From contig CAZJVM010000051.1 in assembly GCA_964549305.1 (NCBI GenBank), positions 1 through 17,442 of the forward strand: DNA of 17,442 bases, in the 5' to 3' direction. The notes under the pieces were generated by a model that had not been told where the DNA came from, did not search any database, and saw only the letters and a program-made list of their open reading frames with translations. Shown one piece after another: positions 1 to 7,489 of this stretch. Made by a program: the position numbers and the translations under genes. The stretch's first letter is position 1; the number at the start of each line of letters is the position of its first letter. Source of the DNA: an uncultured bacterium (GTDB taxonomy: Bacteria > Schekmanbacteria > GWA2-38-11 > J061).

Positions 1-1
1 T

Positions 2-76
2 CGGGGCGTAGCGCAGTCTGGTTAGCGCACCTGCCTTGGGAGCAGGGGGCCGGAGGTTCAAATCCTCTCGCCCCGA
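2..76 (+). tRNA. tRNA-Pro (anticodon UGG), CCA not encoded
   Basis: Acceptor stem CGGGGCG (2-8) pairs with CGCCCCG (69-75), discriminator A76. The D-arm reads GCGCAGTCTGGTTAGCGC. Anticodon stem CCTGC (30-34)/GCAGG (42-46) encloses loop CT-TGG-GA, and the T-loop is GGTTCAAATCC. TTTT follows instead of CCA. Confidence 0.97.
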
Positions 77-222
77 TTTTCCTTTTTTTAATTGCCTTTT
101 ATTCGATATCTTCCGTGAAAAATCGGCTGAGATTTCACCTCACCCGGAGGAGTAAATTAAACTAACATTGAAAGATTCACTATTTTAACTTAGTTTCAAA
201 TAAAACCCGAAAGATGCTTTTT

Positions 223-3054
223 TTACTGCGGCAGATTCAGCTTCGTGGCAGGGTCGCCGAAATAGATTATGTCATTGATGTTATCCTCTGATATTTTTCC
301 GTAGGAATTCTTCTTCGCTTCATTAAAGACTATACCGGCAACCTTTTCCCCTTTGCCGTCAAAAAGAGTCTTGAAAACCTCTTCGCCGTATATCTTTGAT
401 TGATAGTTGAATCCCGCACCGGAAGGCCCGATAAAGGAAACCGCACCGTTATCTTTCTCTCTTATCATATTTTCCGCAAGGCACTCCTTTTCAGGCGAGG
501 CGAAAAAACCGTTGAAGCAGTCAAGGGCAAGAACCAATGGCAGTTTGCCCGAGTTTGAAAGAGATGAAATATCAGCTTTTGAGAATAATGACCCGCTACT
601 CCCGCTTGCAGAATCTTTTTCAAGCACAGCTGCCCATTCACCCAAAGAACCGTGTCCCATATAATTAATCATAAAAACTCCGTCGTTCATTGCACTAATC
701 AAGTCTGCATTTGCCGTATCAACATCAGTCTTCTTAGTGCCTGAATTGTAATAATCATCAAGATGATATTTTGAAACCGTATATGTAATCGTCGGAAGAA
801 GGAATGCTATATCATCGGATGTGCTCGCAAAATCACCTGCGCCGGGGTCATTCTTGTCTGCGGCAAAAATCACATTCTCATTCCAGTTTCCCGGAGACGG
901 TGATGTTTCGTAACTCATAATTTTGTTAATCGCATTGTCAATTTCTGCTGAGGTCCTTGCTGGAATACGCCCTATTGCCATATCGGGCAAATCATCAATT
1001 CCGTCAACTGTCACATACCAGTTATCGCTTGGAGTTGGACCAAGTGTTGAAGTATGAACAAGTTTTACCGGGATATAATTCTTTACGCCTTTTTCTTTAT
1101 AATCCATATAATCATAATTCGCATCACCGATTAGCAGAACATAAAAAGGCTTTGGATTCCAGTTTTCGTAGGCATATTTCAGAAAATCCCGGATTGCCTG
1201 CGGATCAAACAAACCGTCGCTGAATTCATCATAAACATCCTGCACATCTGCAACCTTAACGGTCATACCCTGGCTTTTCCGGTAATTTGCAAGCGCTTTT
1301 GCGGATTTTATAAAATCCTTATGGCTGATGATAATATAATCAGCGCCTTTCCCTGCTGATGTAAGTTTTGAATATTTATCAGTTGAAATATTCAGGGGTT
1401 TTTTAAATTTTTTCTTTGTAAGGGCAAGATATGTCTTACTTGACGATATTGTATCAGCAAAAGTAATGTTATACTTCCCGGCAGATATATTCTGTTTTTT
1501 AATCTTTATGATTTGCGGTGAAACCGGCTCTGTTATATCAAAAACATAAACTGATTTTTTCGTAAATTCTCCAACACTCATTTTCCGCGCTCCGCTTTCA
1601 GCACATTCGAATTCCAGAATGTCGTTGCTGGCGGTAAATGTTTTATTGACTACAATATCAAACCAATTTAGGTGAGCGGCATCATAGACTGCTCCCTGGT
1701 CTGCAATCTCTTTGATTGTAAGAGTATTTGAAAGAGGGTCAAGAATATCCGCGCTGAAAGTTGTCGTAATAATTTTTTCATTTTCACCATCCCATAGAAA
1801 ATCATCAACAAGATTGTTATTCACATAGATTTTTGTATGATGGTCGGTATCTGTGCCGGAAAACGTCGTCACTCCAAGAAGCGCGACAGTCATTGTAACG
1901 GCATCACTGCTTCCCTCATAAAGTCCGTCAAGTGAGAAATTCACAGTTTTTGTTCCGTCACTGCTTGAAGTTCCAATAAAGAACCCACCCCACATCCAGT
2001 GGTCCTTTCCTTCTTCATGAGGCACAGTCTGCACCCAATCATTATTTTTCTCAAAGTGTACAGTTTCAATGAATGAAGAAGGGCCCGTTAGGGAATCATC
2101 ATATTTTTTTCCATTATAAACTGACATTCTTTTCCCTGCCGCACCTCCCCACACAAGCCAGAAAACATTGGTATCGGAATATTCGCTCTTGTTCTGCTCA
2201 GCGTAAAAGATGATGCTGTTGAACTTCTTGAAATATTTTTTCTTCTTTCCTCGTATTGATACAGCAGATTCACTGCCTTTGTTATAAATCTTGATTGTCG
2301 AGGTTTTTATTTTCGATGGTTTGAGCCCCGCCTTCTTGATGTCATTGTAGGTGATTTTATATATACCCTCTTCACCTGTTGTAACCTTTAAAGTTTTCTT
2401 TGCTTTTCTGTAATTTGCTTTCAGATGAATTTCTTCTTTCTTCTTTGCCGTTTTTCTGAAAGATGCGCCTTCTAAAGGAGATGAAGTAATTCTCACTCTT
2501 GCGCTGATTTTTGAGTAAAACTTTACTTCTCCGGTAACGGGATTGAATTGGAGAGGATAAAAAACAACCTGCGTAAAGTTCTTACCTCTCATTATTCCGG
2601 ATTCTCCTTTTTCAAAAAGAACCTTGGGGAAAAATGAGTTATCGGCGTAGACTTCCTTATTCTCCGAATAACTCTCTCTTGCGGCGAGTTTGCCACCTTT
2701 TATGGTCATTTCTTTTGACGGAGAAGGGAGAAGGTTATATCCTGAAAGAGTCTGTAATTCGCTGTTTACAATTTCGATTCCTGAAATATCTTCTGATGAA
2801 ACATTTAAAAGGGCAACTGCAACAGGAACCATAGGAAAACCCGGTTTATTCAGGAACCCCGCATCATCAAGAGAAATTTTATCGTAAACTCTGCGCTCTG
2901 CTTTGATTTTTTCATTTTTGAAAGAAGAATAATTTATATCAATCTTTACGATATTATCTTCCCTTAAAATCGAAACATTCTCCCGTGCCTGCAGAACGGA
3001 AGAGCAAAATACAAATACTGAAACAGAGACGATAATTCTGAAAAATATCTTCAT
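223..3054 (-). CDS. Secreted C25-family (gingipain/PorU-like) cysteine peptidase with N-terminal C25 propeptide-like domain
   Basis: The signal peptide MKIFFRII...VLQA starts at ATG 3054 after AGGAAG; the ORF track starts at TTG 3081. Propeptide-like motifs are PGFPMVP and MRG...FYPLQFNPVTG. C25 motifs are ADYIII, YRKSQG, VQDVYDEF, YVLLIGDA, PSDNWY, DLPDMAIGRIP, catalytic His in YMGHGS, catalytic Cys in LDCFNG and terminal YFGDPA. Confidence 0.92.
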   Translation of the reverse strand: MKIFFRIIVSVSVFVFCSSVLQARENVSILREDNIVKIDINYSSFKNEKIKAERRVYDKISLDDAGFLNKPGFPMVPVAVALLNVSSEDISGIEIVNSELQTLSGYNLLPSPSKEMTIKGGKLAARESYSENKEVYADNSFFPKVLFEKGESGIMRGKNFTQVVFYPLQFNPVTGEVKFYSKISARVRITSSPLEGASFRKTAKKKEEIHLKANYRKAKKTLKVTTGEEGIYKITYNDIKKAGLKPSKIKTSTIKIYNKGSESAVSIRGKKKKYFKKFNSIIFYAEQNKSEYSDTNVFWLVWGGAAGKRMSVYNGKKYDDSLTGPSSFIETVHFEKNNDWVQTVPHEEGKDHWMWGGFFIGTSSSDGTKTVNFSLDGLYEGSSDAVTMTVALLGVTTFSGTDTDHHTKIYVNNNLVDDFLWDGENEKIITTTFSADILDPLSNTLTIKEIADQGAVYDAAHLNWFDIVVNKTFTASNDILEFECAESGARKMSVGEFTKKSVYVFDITEPVSPQIIKIKKQNISAGKYNITFADTISSSKTYLALTKKKFKKPLNISTDKYSKLTSAGKGADYIIISHKDFIKSAKALANYRKSQGMTVKVADVQDVYDEFSDGLFDPQAIRDFLKYAYENWNPKPFYVLLIGDANYDYMDYKEKGVKNYIPVKLVHTSTLGPTPSDNWYVTVDGIDDLPDMAIGRIPARTSAEIDNAINKIMSYETSPSPGNWNENVIFAADKNDPGAGDFASTSDDIAFLLPTITYTVSKYHLDDYYNSGTKKTDVDTANADLISAMNDGVFMINYMGHGSLGEWAAVLEKDSASGSSGSLFSKADISSLSNSGKLPLVLALDCFNGFFASPEKECLAENMIREKDNGAVSFIGPSGAGFNYQSKIYGEEVFKTLFDGKGEKVAGIVFNEAKKNSYGKISEDNINDIIYFGDPATKLNLPQ

Positions 3055-3083
3055 CTTCCTGTCGTTTATCTCCATATACAAAG

Positions 3084-3107
3084 AAGACAGGCGTTTATGC
3101 CTGCCTT
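3084..3107 (-). terminator. Possible intrinsic terminator/attenuator hairpin between the PEP-CTERM and C25 genes
   Basis: The minus strand reads AAGGCAGGC-ATAAAC-GCCTGTCTT (9-bp stem with one G-U), followed by CTTTGT, an imperfect U-tract. Confidence 0.4.
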
Positions 3108-3203
3108 TACTTTTATTTATAAAAAATAAGAACCTAAATCAATAGACGATGATACAAAAGATAATCTTTCAAAAAAAATTACCGGAAATTGAATGCCGAA
3201 ATT

Positions 3204-3887
3204 TCAGGACTTCTTAAAATAGATAAGTCCGATAAGTCCCATACCAAGAAAAAGTGCCGTTGACGGCTCGGGGACAGGGATTGACGGATTAATCTTCAAC
3301 TCCCAGTTATCAATGCCCGCATCTACTGTGTAACCGGGTCCAAGCGTGCTGTTACCCCTATAAAATCCAAAAGAAATAATACTGCCGTTTTCTGAAAAAT
3401 CAGGATGATCATTTACATCAAAAATAGTGTAAAAATCCTGCGCCCCGAGAGAAAGAAGTGACTGATGAGTCCATACGGATTGATTTGATAAAAGTCCCCA
3501 CGTATAATAATACTTTCCATTCTGAAAAAGAGCAGGACTTGTTGCCTCTCCCTGTCCTTGTCCTTCAAGCATAATGGAATCTTCCGAGTAATCTATTGTT
3601 CCTATTGCACCGTCGGTTGAAGGGTCATAATCCGCACCGCTTCGTAGATAAAATCCTGCAATAAAAGAATGCGAATAAGGGTTTACAGTATTTATAATTC
3701 TTCTAAATTCACCGGGATTGCCTCCGGAAAGTGATTGTGATTCACTTATTGAACCGCCTGCATTAATCGTTTGAATTGTCAATGACCAGTCTGTATCATT
3801 GAATGTACCATCAGAAAAAACAAGAGCAGAAGCCGAACCTGTTATGCCAAATAATAATATAAAAATTACCAATATCCGATTTTTCAT
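3204..3887 (-). CDS. PEP-CTERM sorting domain-containing secreted protein
   Basis: Sec signal peptide MKNRILVIFILLFGITGSASA. The C-terminus VPEPSTALFLGMGLIGLIYFKKS has the PEP motif, a TM helix and a basic tail. The body is beta-rich and Gly/Ser/Asp-rich. Confidence 0.95.
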   Translation of the reverse strand: MKNRILVIFILLFGITGSASALVFSDGTFNDTDWSLTIQTINAGGSISESQSLSGGNPGEFRRIINTVNPYSHSFIAGFYLRSGADYDPSTDGAIGTIDYSEDSIMLEGQGQGEATSPALFQNGKYYYTWGLLSNQSVWTHQSLLSLGAQDFYTIFDVNDHPDFSENGSIISFGFYRGNSTLGPGYTVDAGIDNWELKINPSIPVPEPSTALFLGMGLIGLIYFKKS

Positions 3888-3988
3888 TTTATCTTACCTT
3901 ATAAAACGATGAATCAACTGCTTACTTTTACTAAGCAGACTAGTTGACTTTCCGGCAGAATCTTTATCCGGAAAAGCTTACTGAAAAA

Positions 3989-4144
3989 TTAACTACCCTG
4001 ATTAAAACACTGGGGAATCAGGCATTGGCTCTGATTGGGACCTGCGCCAAGGTCGTTCTTACATGTACCGAGTACTGCCTCTTCGGAAATGAGTTTTACT
4101 CGCTTAATTGCCGGTTTTTCATACTTTCTTTTTTCTTTTTTCAT
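3989..4144 (-). CDS. Putative RiPP precursor peptide, 51 aa (MKKEKRKYEKPAIKRVKLISEEAVLGTCKNDLGAGPNQSQCLIPQCFNQGS)
   Basis: Hand translation from ATG 4144 to TAA 3989; absent from the ORF track, whose shortest entry is 60 aa. RBS AAGGGG lies 7 nt upstream and the ORF is co-oriented with its neighbours. It has a YxxPxI leader motif and a core with Cys28, Cys41 and Cys46. Confidence 0.85.
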   Translation of the reverse strand: MKKEKRKYEKPAIKRVKLISEEAVLGTCKNDLGAGPNQSQCLIPQCFNQGS

Positions 4145-4192
4145 AATTTAACCCCTTAAAGCTAAAATACTTTATTGTACATCTTTTCCAAT

Positions 4193-6190
4193 TTACTTTT
4201 TTTTGCGTTTCTTTTTAAATAACTTTTTAGATATCTTAACCTTATCTGCATCGTGAATGGTACTGTTTCCTGAAGTGTCAACATCTTCAAGCTTATAGTA
4301 ATAAGTGTTTCCTGTTTTTACTTTTCTGTCGGGATATTTGTATTTTGCGCCTGAAACAGCATTCTTCTTTGCCTTTATAAATTTGCTTATCCTTATGAAC
4401 TCTCCATTTTCCGATTCGCTTCTCAATATATAAAAACCGAAATTATCGACCTCAGTTGCAGTCTTCCACTTAACAATAACTTTACTGCGTTTCTGTTTTA
4501 CTATAAATTTCGAAAGCTCGATATAAGTGGGGTCAGTCAAATTAAGACGTCCCGAACCGTAAATATTGTCTTTTCCTGTATTTCCCATATCGATGGCAGT
4601 TGCTTCGAGAAATGCCTGCACGAGGTCTGCCGTATATGAAGGGAACCGGTCAAAAACAAGTGCCGCCGCGCCTGCAACAGTAGGAGACGCGGCTGAAGTT
4701 CCAAACCAATGTCCGTATGTAAAGCTGTCAACATTATCGGTGCCCATTATATCCGGTTTTGTCCTCGGTACCGCGCCGCTCCAGTTTGTCGTAGGTCCCT
4801 GCGAGCTGAAGGACTCCTGAGGTCCCGTTGTCCACTTAGTGCTGTCAATTGCGCCTACGGTAAGAACTCCCGCGGCATCCGCGGGCTGCATTAAACTGCT
4901 CGAGAGAGTTCTGTGCTCCAGAGTCTGTCTGAAAGTAAAAAGCTTCATATCGCTGTTTCTCGTAGTGGCAAAATTATAGATTCCTATCTTGTAATTTCCT
5001 CCCGAAGTGGGAGTATAGCTCAATCCTTCAACAGGAGGTGTGCCCGGCGCGCCTCCCTGCCAGGCTTCCGATGATGCAACCTGAGTGGTGCCGTCGGAGG
5101 CAAAGAGGAAAAGGTCATAATCCTGGTCCGATGCGGGGTTGTTCGAGTCAGGACCCCAGTCATCCCAGCTTAAAAAGATGCTTGCAGTCTGTCCTCCGGA
5201 AATGAAAATATCATTCAGTTCGTCTATTGGAGAAGTCGTAAACTCATGCCAGCCGTCAGCGTCTGTGGATGTAAAAACTCCCTGATAATGTTTACCGCCT
5301 TCGTTTCCCGCGGCATTCACCCAAAGAACTCCGTTTGCGCGCGCGCCGTTCGCTATATCGCAAATTGGACCCGTGCCATTGTATGGGCCTGTGTTAACCC
5401 AGCCTACGGAATGGTTTATTACATTGACGCCATAAGTTATTACGGCATCGTTTACGGCATTTGCCAAATCTATTTCATCGGCGATTTTCAAAAGATAGAG
5501 TTGCGCGTCAGGAGCCATATCGTTTACAGACTCGGAAACGGCAGTTCCGTGGACTGTGCCGGTTTCAAGCCCTGCTCCCGTATAATCCTTAGTAACAACA
5601 CCTGCCGGCAGGTCTCCGTTTGTAATCGTCGCGGTGAGATTGTTAAACCCCAGGTCAATTACGGCAACTTTTGTCCCCGCGCCTGTATGGCTCGATGTAT
5701 GCCACACATCTGCGCCCGTCAAGGCGACTCCCTCGCTTGTTACAATCTCGTGCGGCGTAAACGGAAGCCGTATATTGAGCACCCCCGGCAATGCCACTGC
5801 AATTGCCGCAAGAGAGGAAACAGGGGCATAACCCCTTATTAAGTTGTTATACTTTTTGCCTACGGTTACTCCAAATGTCGCAAGCTGTGATGCAATCGAT
5901 GTGTTTGCGGAATCAGTTACAAATACAACTCTGGCATTCCCGTTGACAAAATCTATTCCGTTTTGCTGGGCAAAACCTTCCGCGGCAGACATACCACCTA
6001 TCTGCTTCTTATTAATCAGATTGTTTAACACGCCGGCTATTTTCGGATGACCTTTTTTTCCTGTAATGTCGTTTATATCATCACCGGCAAGTACAACGGG
6101 AAGCATTAAAAAAGATGTGATGAAAAAACAGAGAAAAAAAGTTGCGGCACAAACAAATATCTTTCTCGAAAAGGATTTTTCAGTTTTCAT
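4193..6190 (-). CDS. Secreted S8 (subtilisin-like) serine peptidase with C-terminal Ig-like domain and Lys-rich tail
   Basis: Catalytic Asp in VAVIDLGF, His in HGTAVSE, oxyanion Asn in NAAGNEG, Ser in FGTSAASPTVAGAAAL, plus KPDIMG and YGSGRL. Signal peptide ends ...PVVLA. The start is probably ATG 6190 with GGAG RBS; the ORF track uses GTG 6205. Confidence 0.95.
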   Translation of the reverse strand: MKTEKSFSRKIFVCAATFFLCFFITSFLMLPVVLAGDDINDITGKKGHPKIAGVLNNLINKKQIGGMSAAEGFAQQNGIDFVNGNARVVFVTDSANTSIASQLATFGVTVGKKYNNLIRGYAPVSSLAAIAVALPGVLNIRLPFTPHEIVTSEGVALTGADVWHTSSHTGAGTKVAVIDLGFNNLTATITNGDLPAGVVTKDYTGAGLETGTVHGTAVSESVNDMAPDAQLYLLKIADEIDLANAVNDAVITYGVNVINHSVGWVNTGPYNGTGPICDIANGARANGVLWVNAAGNEGGKHYQGVFTSTDADGWHEFTTSPIDELNDIFISGGQTASIFLSWDDWGPDSNNPASDQDYDLFLFASDGTTQVASSEAWQGGAPGTPPVEGLSYTPTSGGNYKIGIYNFATTRNSDMKLFTFRQTLEHRTLSSSLMQPADAAGVLTVGAIDSTKWTTGPQESFSSQGPTTNWSGAVPRTKPDIMGTDNVDSFTYGHWFGTSAASPTVAGAAALVFDRFPSYTADLVQAFLEATAIDMGNTGKDNIYGSGRLNLTDPTYIELSKFIVKQKRSKVIVKWKTATEVDNFGFYILRSESENGEFIRISKFIKAKKNAVSGAKYKYPDRKVKTGNTYYYKLEDVDTSGNSTIHDADKVKISKKLFKKKRKKK

Positions 6191-6305
6191 TTGAACTCCG
6201 TTCACTTTTCTAGTTAAGAATTAATTCACTCCATTCAATTTTTATAAATTCAACCCCAAAATGAATGAATGTAAAAATACATTTTCTTCCGCTTTACATT
6301 TTGTA

Positions 6306-6322
6306 AGCAAAAACTATGCTAA
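6306..6322 (-). promoter_or_regulatory. Sigma54-like -24/-12 promoter (non-canonical AG instead of GG)
   Basis: Minus strand TTAGCATAGTTTTTGCT versus consensus TTGGCAC-N5-TTGCW. Spacing is correct but the normally invariant GG is AG. Upstream IHF and enhancer-like sites support the call. Confidence 0.5.
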
Positions 6323-6349
6323 CTTTTGAGATTTTGTAAAAAAAATTTT

Positions 6350-6362
6350 TAACTAATTGATT
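6350..6362 (-). promoter_or_regulatory. IHF-binding site
   Basis: Minus strand AATCAATTAGTTA is a perfect match to WATCAANNNNTTR, lying between the putative sigma54 promoter and the enhancer boxes. Confidence 0.6.
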
Positions 6363-6428
6363 TTATTAATTATTTTGTTTGATTTTTTTGTAGGAGAGGA
6401 GAAAAGAATTTAAAAAAAAGAAGAAATC

Positions 6429-6445
6429 TGTCTATTTTTCCGACA
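6429..6445. promoter_or_regulatory. Putative enhancer-binding-protein site 1 (TGT-N11-ACA)
   Basis: TGTCTATTTTTCCGACA is an imperfect palindrome that shares the CCGACA half-site with box 2. Confidence 0.55.
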
Positions 6446-6463
6446 CTTATTTTTACTTTTTTT

Positions 6464-6476
6464 TAAGTTATTGATT
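6464..6476 (-). promoter_or_regulatory. IHF-binding site
   Basis: Minus strand AATCAATAACTTA is a perfect match to WATCAANNNNTTR, located between the two enhancer boxes. Confidence 0.55.
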
Positions 6477-6491
6477 TGTTTATGTTTTTTA

Positions 6492-6508
6492 TGTTCAAAA
6501 AACCGACA
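6492..6508. promoter_or_regulatory. Putative enhancer-binding-protein site 2 (TGT-N11-ACA)
   Basis: TGTTCAAAAAACCGACA lies 63 bp (6 helical turns) from box 1. Confidence 0.5.
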
Positions 6509-6557
6509 TTTTTAAAAGCTCTTTGTCATACAAAAGAATATTTATTCAACAAAGACA

Positions 6558-6570
6558 TAACTAATTGTTT
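6558..6570 (-). promoter_or_regulatory. Possible third IHF site
   Basis: Minus strand AAACAATTAGTTA has one mismatch to the consensus and is 12/13 identical to the site at 6350-6362. Confidence 0.35.
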
Positions 6571-6631
6571 TTTAATAGTATATGAGATGATTTTAACTGG
6601 AAAAAGTGTAGGATGATGCAAGTTTTTATTA

Positions 6632-7456
6632 TTAAACTTGAACTCCAAATGTACCTTTCAGTCCGAAAGCGGAAACAATTGACAGTACAAAAAAGACAAT
6701 AAGCCAGTGGATTTCAACACCCCAAAAAGTGAGTTTCATCTCGGGATAATCAACTCTGATTTCCAAAACTTTTGATTCGGAAGGAAACGGGCTTTCCGCG
6801 GGAGTGAGAAGCAACTGCTCTAAATTAACTTTGTCGCGTGTCGCCCCCACTCTGCCAAGCGTTTTACCTGCTGATAATATTTTCGTATATGCTGTGCCGT
6901 TAACATTGAAAGTCAATTCATAATTGCCGCTCTTCTCTACAAGCACTCTCCAGTCGATTTCATTTTCATCTTCGATTGTAAGAGTTGGGGCATCGAGTTT
7001 GACTCCCTGAGGCAGTTTCATTTCGATATTTGCATCAGCAACCGAAACTCCCTTGTCGAGTTTCAGGCATACAACTGCCTTTTCACCCTCGTTCAGGGGT
7101 CTGTAGGCGTATCTGCTGTCAAGCTGTACGAGAATGAAAATAACCGGAACAATCATTACAAGCATCGGGGTAACCGAATAGCGCATATAGGTAAGGTTCG
7201 TCCTCAATATCTTCTTCTGCGATTTAAGCATCTGCTGAAGATCATGATTGAAGAGACGTACCTCGAGAAGGTATCCCTTTATCTTTTCCTTCGCGCTCTT
7301 TATACCGTCCTGGTTGGATGTGTAGCGAAATATTATAAGCATAGCAACACCTGTTACGAGAGACACGACAGATATACCCCACGCAGGCGCCATATTCTTG
7401 AAAGGCGCAAAGATAAGGTCAAAAATTGTGTTCAAAATATTTACCAGTGAAATCAT
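6632..7456 (-). CDS. Membrane protein resembling the DUF106/EMC3/TMCO1 (Oxa1-superfamily) family, with an inserted soluble beta-domain
   Basis: Architecture: amphipathic N-helix (LNTIFDLIFAPF), TM1 (WGISVVSLVTGVAMLIIF), charged helical hairpin (NQDGIKSAKEKIK...QKKILRTNL), TM2 with PMLVMIVP, an insert of roughly 130 aa, and TM3 (HWLIVFFVLSIVSAFGL). Confidence 0.65.
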   Translation of the reverse strand: MISLVNILNTIFDLIFAPFKNMAPAWGISVVSLVTGVAMLIIFRYTSNQDGIKSAKEKIKGYLLEVRLFNHDLQQMLKSQKKILRTNLTYMRYSVTPMLVMIVPVIFILVQLDSRYAYRPLNEGEKAVVCLKLDKGVSVADANIEMKLPQGVKLDAPTLTIEDENEIDWRVLVEKSGNYELTFNVNGTAYTKILSAGKTLGRVGATRDKVNLEQLLLTPAESPFPSESKVLEIRVDYPEMKLTFWGVEIHWLIVFFVLSIVSAFGLKGTFGVQV

Positions 7457-7489
7457 TTATCTTCTCAATTCCTTACTCTATGGCGTTAT

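Noticed and set aside
111-148. Terminator between the convergent tRNA and C25 gene
   Set aside because: Only a weak bulged stem (GTGAAA/TTTCAC) is present, without an adjacent U-tract, which is too little to call.
2-222. tRNA-Pro as integration site of a genomic island
   Set aside because: I saw no integrase, transposase or duplicated tRNA 3' end in the window; a distal att site cannot be excluded.
3989-4144. Lasso peptide or lanthipeptide assignment for the precursor
   Set aside because: The YxxP leader is lasso-like, but the only Thr (T27) gives no core with Asp/Glu at position 7-9. No cyclase or Lan enzymes are present, and there is no double-Gly or FNLD leader.
3944-4159. 71-aa + strand ORF in the ORF track
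   Set aside because: It has a TTG start, no RBS and no motif, and is the antisense shadow of the better-supported minus-strand precursor at 3989-4144.
6206-6631. CRISPR array, origin or ncRNA in the AT-rich intergenic region
   Set aside because: There are no regularly spaced repeats, no DnaA-box cluster and no stable GC-rich structure; the repeats are explained by IHF and enhancer-like motifs.
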